Assembly: GCA_964276515.1 (NCBI GenBank)
Contig: OZ193910.1
Location: forward strand, 2,976,001-3,040,000
Reading direction: 5' to 3'
Length of the DNA stretch: 64,000 nt
Source: Gordius albopunctatus
Lineage: Eukaryota
Part shown: positions 12,801-23,241 of the stretch, in pieces
Position numbering within the stretch: position 1 is the stretch's first letter
Layout: every line of letters begins with the position of its first letter
Notes under the pieces: generated by a model
What the model saw: only the letters and a program-made list of their open reading frames with translations
What the model was told of the DNA's origin: nothing
Databases searched by the model: none
Translations under genes and position numbers: made by a program

Positions 12801-15800
12801 GAAGTTCCATTATATTCGTGGAACGTAACGAACACGCCTTGGGAACGATTAAATATAGATCTAGCAGGACCGATGGACTCCTACTACTGGTTTGTCGGTA
12901 TTGACTCTTATTCAAAGTGGATTAAAGTGGAACTCCTTAGGAATACATATTCTAAAATATTGATAAAAATAACTAATAGGATGGTTTGCTCGATTTGGTG
13001 TTCCACGTCAAATAGTCAGCGATAATGGACCTCAGTTTACTTCGGTGGAGTTTAGGCGATTCTGCAAGAATTATAATATAGTGCATATTCTGACCTCTCC
13101 GTACCATCCCAAGACGAATGGTTGTGCAGAGAGATGTATTAGAACACTAAAAAGCCGTTACTTGGCCACCAGAGAAGACATCAACGATACGGAGTGTATG
13201 AATGAAATTTTATCAACATACAGGGTTTGTGAACATAACTCAACAGGTAGGTCGCCATCCAAGATGCTTTTCGGAGGGGGGAATCGGACAATGCTTGATT
13301 GGTCCCGACCAAGTGCCCAAACCACTATGGAACACAAAATTAAAAAACAAGCCTTTCACCACGATATGACGACACGTCCACGAAACTTTGAAATAAATGA
13401 ATTAGTCTGGGTAAAAATGAATTGGCACCAGGATGGCGGGAAGGAAAAGTACTCGCTAGGAATGGGTTATTGTCCTATAGCGTTGAAAGTAACAATAAAG
13501 TCGTGCGCAAGCATGCGGACCAATTGAAAAAAAGGTAGTTGAAGAGAAAAATTCGGCTTGCCCGGTTGTAAATGATGCATCATTTGAAGAGGAGAAGGTA
13601 GTTTATGATCAAGAGATATCAAGACCAAATCATCAAGAGATATCAAGACCAGAACCTGGAGACTCAATACGGGAAGAACTATTGCCGGTAGATATTAACA
13701 TACCGGAAGATAAAGATGATGGAAACTTAAGAAGAGGAAATAGACCAAGGAGGCCACCGCGGAGATTAATTGAAGAGATTTAAAGCTGGTTAAACGGGGA
13801 GAGACGTAACGATTGTGTTATGTAACAAAAATTTATGATGTAACAAGTGTGTTTTGTAACAAAATGTAATTTTGTTATAAAATTTAAATCGCGTATTTTC
13901 AAATTCGAATGAACAACGTCTCTTTTTTATACTACCAAAATGGTATAAATGTTAGGTGTTAAAGAAATATGTAATCTTTATTTCCTTATGAAGCTTTAAA
14001 AATTATGATGTTTTCCCCTTATATATACAATATAAATTTAAATGCAAAAGACCATAGATGTTTTCAGTTGCGGCCCATAGCTCTTAAAATATGAACAACC
14101 TCTTTGAATATGTCATATCCGCTAGATGGCAGCAGCGTATCACTTTAGCGTTACGCAGATTAATTCCTACCTGTTAATGCTTCAAGTGTTTTTATGTTTA
14201 CATTTATATCACTATTGACTAGTGTTGTGAATGAACGCGTAAAAAATTGATGAAAGGCGTTCTTTTGTTTTTTGGTAAACTTTCAACGTGAACGCGCTCC
14301 TTTTTTTATGAACGCGTTCAAATTTAACGTTCCTTCAATTTTAAAAACTCTTTTTTATTTTTATTTATTTTAAAAATATTTTGTAACAAAAAAGTCTTAT
14401 ATTTTTTAATCAGCTGTTTTCCATTTTTCCTATAACCTATTCTGAAATAAAAATACCATAACGTGCATAATAATATAAGATAAAAGTTTATTAATTTAAT
14501 ATTATTAATTATATTTTAGTTTGTTGGTTAATATGGACAATCATATTATTATATCGTCGTCATCTCCAGATTCTGAATATTCAAAATCAGCAGATGAATT
14601 GACATTGACATGCCAAAAATATGATAATCACTCATTTCATATAAAGGACTGAATTCAATAATTACTAAATGTAAAAAAAATAAAATTTTAGTTTTATTCG
14701 AAAAAGGGTTTGAAACCCCTAGAATTGATAATGAAAGAACTATCGATTCCGAAATATCATTTTTGACGAGGAAGTAGAGGGCGGATTGGAGGATGATATC
14801 TTATCGCAATTTTTTGAAGCGAAGGACAAAACATTAAATCTTTTTAATAAATTTCCTGCTTTAAAAGATTTGTTTATTAAGTATAATACTCAAATCCCCC
14901 CCCCTTGTGGAGCTGGTTTTTAGTATAACTAACGCTTTATTGACTGCCAAGCGTTCCTGCTTATCCAACGAAAATTTTGAAAAACAATTATTATTAAAAA
15001 TTGATAAGAAAATTTTTTTATAAATAAAAAATCTTTATATTCGCTCGAAATAAACCTATTATTTTTTATCATTGCTAATAAATTGTGTTAAAAAAATATA
15101 AGACATTTATTTATATTAAATTAAATAAAAAAAATTATCATAAAATTTTGAATGAACATAAACGCGTTCTTTTTTTGAGAACGAACGTGAACGCGTTCGA
15201 TTTAACTTTTAAATTAAAATTTTACGAACAGAACTTTTTATTGATGATTAAATTCAAAATACATAAAAATAAAGTAAAGCAATTTTAATAGACCTGAAAT
15301 AAATATACAATTTTACGCAAATCGTACAAATGTTTCGCCTTTTACCATTTACTTTACTTACCACCATTTTTCATTAATTTGAAATAAACCTCATCTTCAT
15401 CCATCTTTCGCCTTAGAAGTGGCTATTTTCTATTATGAAATCGGTCATTGAGGGTGAAAGAATCATTCTACCATATCCTTTCCCGCCTATTCTGAATTGC
15501 CCAGCTGGTTGTTGCTCAACAACCATAAACCCCTTAGGGACTCGGAGCGTAAGTTTGAACTTCAACTCCACCTAGTCTCGGCACACAAATTAAACCTTAC
15601 AACAGTTATCCGTTGTCAGCGTTGCAGCTGCGATATTGTTGGCGCCCCGCAGAAACATCACTGCAACAAATAGATAAAAGTCAACTTCGAAACCTAGATG
15701 CATCAAATTTCAGGCAATACCCACTTTAATCATCTCACTAGAACGCCCAATTCCCAGCCGACAAATAGGAGCATGGTCCCCACCCCCTCTCCCAAGGTAT

Positions 15801-18800
15801 ATGTTCTCAAAGGCCCCAGGATTGGAAATTCGGATCCCGGCTTCATGTCCCATTTCCTTTGACCCCATGGCATGTTATACGAGCCAATCGATTACAAGTC
15901 CGGTAACGTCCCTATTATCAACACCTGCACCCTCACGGTCGATCGCCCCACCCACATACGCCCAAGTAGTTGTTGCCAACACTGGCAACAAACCAACAAT
16001 TAGGAAAGCCCCATCTCCCCAAAGGAATATGGCCGATCAGCTCGTTGCCTACATTTCAAGAGTCGACATCGTGAAGGCTGCTACAGAAAAAATGAAAACA
16101 AAATCCCCATCTTCCGCTTCAGTAAGAAACAAACCTAGGCGGCCCAAACCAGTTCCCACATTAATTGCGACATCCACAAATCAGGTGGTGATAAGAAATT
16201 CGTTTTCACCACTTGAGGTTGAACCAATGCAGATTTCCGAAGATGCAACCGATCAACCAAGGTTGGCATTGTCCCACACAGACGAAACTTCCCTCTCTCA
16301 ATTTTTTCAGGAGCTCAGCAATATCGAGCGGAGAGACGATTCTCTGGAAAATTGGGAGATTTTTCAAGGACTTCTTGGACGCATCACGGCTGAGGCTTGC
16401 CGATTGCTAAAGATCAAGCCCCCACGCCCCAGACACAACGCACCAAAGTTGGATGTGACGGATGCCAAGGTCATGCAAAGCCTCTATAAGCGGAATCGTA
16501 GAAATGCCGTCCGTTTAATTCTGGATGGTGATTCTCCCCGATGCCAATTAGAGGTAAGCACGGTCGAAGGTTTTTACAAACAACTTATCGGTAGCGAGCG
16601 TGAGGCTGACCCATCAGTGTTTTATATTCCACCTCAAGTCACCGAACCCCTCAAACTGCCCCCTTTCCTTCCAAAAGAAGTCGTATCCAAAGTCGAATGG
16701 ACAGAGAATACTGCTCCTGGCTCGGATAGAATCACATATGCAAACTGGCTTCGCCTGGATCCACGCGGAAAGTTGCTGGGGGCTATCTTTAATATCTGCC
16801 TCAAGTACCACCGCATCCCGGACGCCTGGAAAGTTGCAGATTCTATCCTTGTCCACAAAAAGGGAGATGTGAGGGACATCAAAAACTGGAGGCCAATCAC
16901 AATGAGTTGTACAATTTACAAAATCTACACCGGCCTCTTATGTCAAAGGTTGTCTCGGTGGCTGGAAAGCAACGAAGCCCTAAGTCCTGCTCAAAAGGGA
17001 TTTATGCCATTCGACGGTGTCTTAGAACATAACTACGTTCTTCGTCGAACCTTAGAAGAAGCTAAATTCCGTAGGAGGGACGTCTACGTTGCTTGGATGG
17101 ACTTTGCCAGAGCATTTCTGGTAGCAATCGTTCGTGACATCTACACCAACTCGTCTACGATCTTTGCTGCCAAGGAGGGCAGGACAGCTTCGATCCCAAT
17201 CAAATCAGGTATTAAACAGGGATGCCCGCTGTCGGGGCTCCTTTTCAATATTGCAGTTGATCCCATCTCGAGGAGTCTACAGTCCGGCCACCTTGATCCC
17301 CGTGTGCTGGCCTATGCCGACAACCTGTTGCTGCTGGCCCCTTCCCAGTCCGACCTCTCGGCTTCACTGTACATAGTTGCATCCATGTCGCAGCAAGTGG
17401 GCTTAACCATCAACTCCTCCAAATGCGTCACTCTCCACGCTAAGGGAACTCCTTATGGAACTGTCCCGACCCAATTCTTCCTTGCAAATGTTCCTCTGCG
17501 TACACTGGGCTCAGGAGAGTTCGAGGACTTTTTAGGCAAACCTATCGGAGTGTCCATACCCAAGTCGATGGGTGACATGGAAGAAAGGAAGAATGTTGCT
17601 GAGAGGCTAATGACGTCGTGCCTTACTCCGTGGCAACGCGCAGACGCCCTGAAGACATTCTTCTTTTCGACGTTGACTCACTCCTTGCGAACGGAGTCCC
17701 ACACTAAAAGCGACTGGGCGGGTTTGGACAAATTCCTACGTCCCCTCCTCAGGAATAATTGTAATCTAACCGTCCATTCGGCCAATGGCTACTTCTATGG
17801 ATCTTCGAAAAAGGGGGCTCTGGGATTTCCTCAGTGCGCTATTGATTCGGATATTTTCTCGGTCTACAAAGCCTTCAAACTCCTTACCTCCCGCGATCCA
17901 AGGGTAAAGGATCTGGCCAGATCTGACCTGGAGGCCACCATTACTCGCCGACTAAGGGGCAGTAGTGTCATTAAACCGGAGCTTCTCGGTAAATTCTTAC
18001 CCGGATCGCTCGGGGCACCATTCAATGGACAGTCAAACCGTTTTGCCAACACTTGGACAATGGCAAGAAAGGCATCCAGTCAAATCGGTTTCTCCTGGGA
18101 ATTCACCGACGACGCTATCTTCATCACCAAGGGCCACCTTCGGATTGATCCAAACATGAGAAGAAAGCTTGTGAATTCCCTTCGCACTTACACGAGAGAC
18201 CGATTAGCTGACGAACTTATATCTCTACCCGATCAAGGCAAGGTTATGGAGTGCGTTGCTAATCACCCGGCCAGCCATAATTCGTGCGTGACGGACGGTA
18301 TACACGATTTGCTGACTGGCGCTTCATCCATCGGGCGAGGCTCAACCAACTGCCCCTGAAGGGTGCTATGACCAACCGGGGGAAAGACAAAAAGTGCCGG
18401 CGATGCGGGATGGCTGATGAAACGCTACCTCATGTCCTGGACCATTGCATGAAGTATTCTGCTTCCTACACCAAGCGGCACAATCTGGTGGTAAATAGAC
18501 TCAAGGATGTCGCCAAAAAGACTTATAAGGCGGTAGGAGACAACACGACGGTCGATGGTTCAGGACTACGCCCGGACTTGGTCATTGCCAAAGGAACCGA
18601 GGCCATAATTATCGACGTAGCCATTCCTTTTGACAACCGCATCGCAGCATTAGATATTGCCCGTCAAACCAAGATTCACAAGTACGACGGTGTTCGCCAA
18701 GCACTCCTTCAACATTACAAAACGGTATCGGTCGAGCCCATCATCTTAGGAGCCTTGGGATCATGGCATAGACCTAACGACGCGTTAATCCGCAAACCCT

Positions 18801-21800
18801 GTGCCAAAAACTATGCCATGACAATGCGCCGACTGATGGTTGCAGATGTCATCGCTATGTCACGGAATATATACGTCCATCACGTATCCAACATCCCCCA
18901 AGAAACTTAACATGCTAACCCCCCCTCCCATCGAATCTCTCGCGTTTGTCACCTCATATTTCCTTCTCAACGTCTATACTACATCTTCATATACATATGT
19001 TTTCTTTTTATAACAACTTAACACGCTAGCTATACTTTTATATACATTTTCTTAATTAGATAAACAACAACACGCACTTAATTCCTAGTATTGAAGAGAA
19101 GGGAGGGCGCCCTCAAGTCTGGTGTAATTTGTCAATGTAAAAGATAGTAGGGATAATTAATGTTTTATATAATTTAAAAAGTAAAAGTGCTACGATAAAA
19201 AAAATTGTGAATACATTCCTCTCCCCTATCTCTACGTATTAAATCTATTAAAGAAAAATTTTACCGACTAATTTGCAAGTTATTTACGTTTGAAAAACGC
19301 TAATCGCGTTTTTGAGAAAATTTGACAGAAAATATTTTAAAAACTTCACGTATAGGGAAAAAACTAAAAACATATTTGTGTTCATGGTGAAAAACTCTGC
19401 CAGAATCTGCAAATAGTTCACAGGTTAATTTCACAAGTCCATTATTTGTTGACCAGTGTTATTTGAAATCGAGTTGAGTTTTAAATCATATTTTATAAAA
19501 GATTAGTTTGTTTTAGTTCAATTCGGGCCGGGCTCGGGCCTTAGATCGCCAAATCTTAAACTCACGCTGGTTGAAACCCCAAAAGCCGATAAAAATTATC
19601 AACGCATAATTTGTCATGCGACAACTTTTCGGCAAAACAATCAGAGCTACTATTTAGCGTGCAAAAGCATCTGGGTTTTGTATGATCGACCTTAGGTTTA
19701 AGTCGACAAAATATAAACAAATCCACTAGGTTTTTTGTTTTAATTTTCTTAGTCGCAAAACCTTTGGTTTGAATACTACTACTACTAATATTACTATGAT
19801 GGCATTGCAAACGTTAAAGTCTAAAATGGAAAAACAATTTTAAAAAATGGCTATTTGACGATAAACCTAGTTCGGAATTTCTATTTATATATATATAAAC
19901 AAAACTAAGTATTAAATAAAACAAAAACCCATTTCAAAAACCAAACGATTTTTATATCGCGACCGCCATGTGACGATTTAAATTGACCATGTCGAATTTT
20001 TTAAGTAGCTTATTAGGAATTCTAACTTGACATGGTTGTACAAAGTAAAACTTAAAAGATGTTTTCAAAATATTATTTGATTTTATTAGTGTCTCACATC
20101 TAATTGATCGGCAATTTCTTGCAGTCCACCCTTTAGGCTTCGGCAACTTTTCATCAAATATTTGATATCGTAAATGCAGGGGAAAAAAGTTTGGACCAAT
20201 TCGAAAAATTGGCATTCGTCAGGTGGCAAGGGGCTAACGGTGAGTAGCTTAAGCATGTAACCAAAATCGTAGCCACTGTTTAAAGGAAAAATATTGGAGA
20301 ATCATACATTTTTGTAGGATGTGCTTATGCTAGAGGTGTGCACGGATCAAATTTTTTTGATCCGATCCGATCCGAGGGGTTTTTGAAAAATTTTATATCC
20401 GACCCGATCCGAGTATTTTAAAATCCAAATCCGATCCGAAATTTTTAAATTAAAATTTTACGAACAGAACTTTTTATACCAAGAGGGAAAGGAGCTACGC
20501 GTCGGCTTTAAGGAAACGGGAGATGCTGATTTATCATTGACACTAGCTCCTTTCTCGCCAAACAAGAAAGTCTAGCTAGGGAAAAACGCTAGGGAAATAC
20601 TGATAAATATGTTGGGGTAAGTAAGGTGAGAGGTGGTATTGGGCATCAACAATAGTAAAGTAAAAAAAGAATGGAAAGATAATTATGAAAAGGTATACTA
20701 AAAATTATTAATTTAATTAATTAGAACTTATTATTTTTATTTTAAATTTGAAAATCCGATCCGACTTCCAAAATTAGCTTATGCTAAAAAATTTAACCAT
20801 TTTAGAATATATTAAAAACAGTAAAAGCACCAACCCTTAATTGTTCAAGTTGAATGTGGGAATACTCAGATGTATAATAAATATTTTGAGAATTCAAACA
20901 TTTTAAAACCCTTTAATTAACCACATAAAATCTTTTAAGCCTTAAATAAAAAGACAATAATTAATTAATAAAAATGGATGAAATGTACTTATTATAGTTG
21001 ATTTTTATTTTCAAATGTGAGCTTAGTTGATACCTATGGAATGAAAGCCATTTAATGTCGTCCATAAGGACAGTCCCAGACATCATTAATAGCTGAGCAA
21101 ATTCATCGGGATCTATGCCATCTTCTTCATGCTTTTGAAATTGCAACCCCGCCTTCTGTAATAATTCAATACTGTCTTGTGCAAACATATCATTCCTATA
21201 TCATCAGCACAAAACTAAATTATTGGGGAAAAAATATTTACTTGAGGCTAAATTTAAAATTAAATTGCCATGTTAGGTATCCTGGAGGTGTTTTTCCATT
21301 TTCATCCATGAAAGTTAGACCAATTTGAATTATCTTTAACATGTCCACATTACATCTCAAAAGTTGATACTGATAATCTGAAACACTCTTAAAAGCACCA
21401 ATAGGTCTAGCTACTACTCCTGGAAACTCTGTGTCCTGTTTTTAAAATAATATAAATACATGTAAATATTCAATTTGTAAATTGGTATTTATTCAAAATA
21501 GCATTTGGCAGTCATTTTATTTGCCTAGAACAAATTAACAAGCCAAAATATCAAAATCCATTATTTGAATAAATGTGAAATGTATGTTGGAATGTAAATT
21601 TTTAACGCAATGATATTTATAAATATTAGAATATAAAAATTAACAGACATAAAGTCTCGTTAAAGCCCCTAATATTGTATAAATTTTATTGAAAACAACA
21701 ATATCTGAGACAGATATGATCAACAATAATTTAAAACAAAATAATAGATTATCCAACTGATATTTAAACAATAAAAAAGGATTTATAAGTGTACCATAGC

Positions 21801-22049
21801 AATATAATGATATTTTTGACATATTTTTCGGATAATCTTAAATTCTTCTTCCATATTATGTGCCCAAACATCGCGAATTGTTCCCTCTGGAAACTGCAAT
21901 CCAAATTGAATTAAATTGCTAACAATGGGTGGCATAGATGAATGATTGTTTAAATTTGAATTATTATATAAGGTTGAACTATTCGAAGAGCGTATAAGAG
22001 AGTTTAAACCATGGAGGCCATTATTTATAGGGGCATTCATTGTGCCCAT
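6866..22049 (-). CDS. CNOT7: CCR4-NOT subunit 7/8 (CAF1/Pop2) DEDD deadenylase, 6 exons, 359 aa
   Basis: Exons 22049-21795, 21435-21242, 21195-21034, 20275-20098, 7514-7437, 7078-6866 total 1080 nt, all GT-AG and in frame. Motifs: IAMDTEFPGVVARP, RCNVD.LKIIQIGLT, WLSFHSGYDFGY, YDIKYLMKSC..LKGGLQE, HTAGSDSLLT, KYSGHLYGLG. Intron 4 (7515-20097) is 12.6 kb. Confidence 0.95.
7915..8363 (+). mobile_element. Left part of a hAT-type MITE (TAGAGCCCTGCA family), split by the 8364-19458 insertion
   Basis: Starts TAGAGGCCTGCAAAAT and is colinear with the reverse complement of 41637-41170 up to GAAGATAATTA. The sequence resumes at 19459. Confidence 0.75.
8893..9000 (+). pseudogene. Probable orphan (captured) coding exon, 108 bp
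   Basis: Pyrimidine-rich ...CTCTCAACCAAG acceptor and GTAAGT donor around an open phase 1-1 frame (TTAASDINWVINQHGAGYDGNGRDMVLAFWHNNTN). No partner exons were seen. Confidence 0.45.
9151..9217 (-). pseudogene. U5: U5 snRNA 3' half, directly after the retrotransposon 3' end
   Basis: TAAACATTTCCCTGCGGAGGAACAAATGAGCATTTAAAGCTTATTTTTCAAACC... aligns with the U5 gene at 39324-39391, including the Sm site. Similarity continues into the downstream flank to about 9131. Confidence 0.85.
9218..12038 (-). mobile_element. Utopia-like non-LTR retrotransposon, 5'-truncated degenerate copy
   Basis: Inverted near-identical copy of 16278-19060. Contains RT (WRPI, QGCPLS, YADV), CRRCG..ETLPHVLDHC, RHN and RPD. 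Interrupted by a frameshift near 11650, a deletion near 10325 and stops at 10052 and 9707. Confidence 0.92.
12039..13890 (+). mobile_element. Ty3/Gypsy LTR retrotransposon 3' fragment (RNase H, integrase, PPT, start of 3' LTR)
   Basis: PIAYASRTL..SEKNY and TDHKPL (RNase H), H..HPGI...C..C, DLAGP, DSYSKW, DNGPQF, NGCAER (integrase), with stops and frameshifts. Purine tract AAACGGGGAGAGA at 13792-13804, then CGTAAC (decayed TGTAAC). LTR end is uncertain. Confidence 0.88.
14220..15206 (+). mobile_element. Degenerate non-autonomous hAT element
   Basis: Starts TAGTGTTGTGAATGAACGCG with GAACGCG subterminal repeats at both ends. Remnant of the hAT dimerization domain at ~14850-15000 (FPALKDLFIKYNT...KRSCLSNENFEKQLLLK). 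Confidence 0.7.
15315..15345 (+). pseudogene. U5: U5 snRNA 5' portion ending at loop 1, directly before the retrotransposon 5' end
   Basis: ACGCAAATCGTACAAATGTTTCGCCTTTTAC compared with ACGCAAATCGTATAGACCTTTCGCCTTTTAC in the intact gene. Its AAATGTTT is the exact complement of AAACATTT in the 3' half at 9209-9216. Confidence 0.85.
15346..19060 (+). mobile_element. Utopia-like (NeSL/R2-group) RLE non-LTR retrotransposon, near full length, degenerate
   Basis: Frameshifted N-terminal zinc-finger region from ATG 15435 (IILPYPFPPILNCPAGC...LHLVSAH...CQRC..IVGAPQKHHC). RT in ORF 15801-18359, then LTPWQRADALKTF, DQGKVMECV, DWRFIHRARLN, the CCHC knuckle CRRCG..ETLPHVLDHC and the RLE motifs RHN/RPD/D/K..KY in ORF 18284-18910, with a ~150-bp 3' UTR. 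Lesions: 60-bp deletion at ~17118, YADN, and a 1-bp frameshift near 18280. Confidence 0.92.
19459..19540 (+). mobile_element. Right part of the split hAT MITE that starts at 7915
   Basis: TTATTTGAAATCGAGTTGAG...CGGGCCGGGCTCGGGCC continues the alignment with the reverse complement of 41170-41088. Confidence 0.75.
20331..20442 (+). mobile_element. hAT-type MITE 5' fragment
   Basis: TAGAGGTGTGCACGG terminus followed by CCGATCCGA subterminal repeats. Confidence 0.55.
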
Positions 22050-22204
22050 TTTGGACTTATTAATTTATTTTATTTTTTGACTTTTTTAAACAAATTATAA
22101 AAACATATGATTAAATGGTTTATTTGGTGGCCCGTCAACCTGATGAAAACCATGTTGCCGAATTGAATGTCCCAAGGTTAAAACTCAATAAAAAGCATCT
22201 TAAT

Positions 22205-23241
22205 CAGTCTTGTTAAGGAGCGGCGCTACAGGAGCGCCGCTTAATTTTTTCAAAAAAAAGCTTAAAAATTAGGAGCGGGAGTAGCTCCTTTTAGGGCTGG
22301 AGCGGATGAGCGGCGCTCCTCCACTCCTTTAAATTTAATATATAAATTATATTATTTTTTAAATATTAATAATATTTGTTAATTAAAATTTAATGAAAAT
22401 ATAATTTTATTTTAATTTATATGGGCTTCCTAAGTCCTACCATTTTTAAACCCATTTCAAAATTAAATGATCAGATTTAGAGTTTTGCCAACCTCTTGTA
22501 AAGTCTCTCATCAGCGGTATTAATAAAAGGTTTATAATAAAACATAAATTTTATCTATTTAAAAATCCTTTTTGCAGATTTCCAAATATTTATAATGATG
22601 ATAATATAATTGCAGCGATTGTCCATCCTGCATTTAAATTGAATTGGGAATGTATAAAAGATCCAAAAAATATGGAACTAAAAGCCAGATTAATTAATTC
22701 TTTAAGGAAACAAATACCCGACGGAAAAATAGCTACAACTAATTCACGGGAACCTTGTAATGATTTGGAAGATTTCTTTGGATTACATGAAATCGATTAC
22801 CATGAAAATAATATATTGAATAGATATTTTTTAAATAATGATAGCAAAATTACTATTTTTGAACAATTCCATGAATTAAAAAATATTTATATTAAATACA
22901 ATACCCCGCTTCCCTCTAGTGCTCCTATGGAGCGCCTATTTAGTATCGCAAAACAGGTCTTAGGGGAGAAGCGTGGGTGTTTGTTAGATTCTAATTTAGA
23001 AAATTTATTACTTGTAAAAGCTAATAAAAGATTATAAATAGTTTGATATATAATATAATACAAATAAAACGTTTTGATAAAAAAATATGATTTTGTTCCG
23101 TGTACCTTCTAAAAAAATGGAAATCAAAGGAGCGGCACTCCATTAGTTGGAGCGGGAGCGCTCCTTTTAATGTGTAGTAGTTGAGAAGGTAGGAGCAGGA
23201 GCGGGAGTCGCTACTTTTAAAAAGGAGCGTTAACAGATCTG
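22205..23241 (+). mobile_element. Internally deleted hAT transposon with transposase C-terminal remnant
   Basis: Imperfect TIRs CAGTCTTGTTAA / TTAACAGATCTG and GGAGCG subterminal repeats. ORF 22639-23037 encodes the hAT dimerization motif YIKYNTPLPSSAPMERLFS...KRGCL...LENLLLVKAN. A partial second copy of the left end lies at ~23245-23390. No TSD seen. Confidence 0.8.

Larger units (their letters stand above)
8364..19458. mobile_element. 11.1-kb composite non-autonomous DNA transposon, Chapaev3/CMC-like, with long inverted arms
   Basis: Termini CACGGTTCAACAA (8364) and TTGTTGACCAGTG (19458). TTA on both sides (8361-8363, 19459-19461), whereas the uninterrupted MITE copy near 41170 has a single TTA. 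~390-bp inverted repeats at 8364-8753 and 19057-19458. No cognate transposase inside. Confidence 0.75.

Noticed and set aside
15801..18359. Active or domesticated reverse transcriptase gene
   Set aside because: YADN at the catalytic motif, a 20-aa RT deletion and frameshifts before and after indicate a dead copy.
9218..19060. R2 element in 28S rDNA, or Utopia in U2
   Set aside because: No 28S or U2 sequence at either junction; both flanks are U5.
8364..19458. The palindrome as an assembly or amplification fold-back artefact
   Set aside because: The arms carry different substitutions and indels, have a complex spacer and are bounded by a TTA duplication inside a split MITE. Long-read confirmation is still desirable.
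19952..20215. 87-aa ORF from the ORF track
   Set aside because: It is an alternative frame of CNOT7 exon 4.
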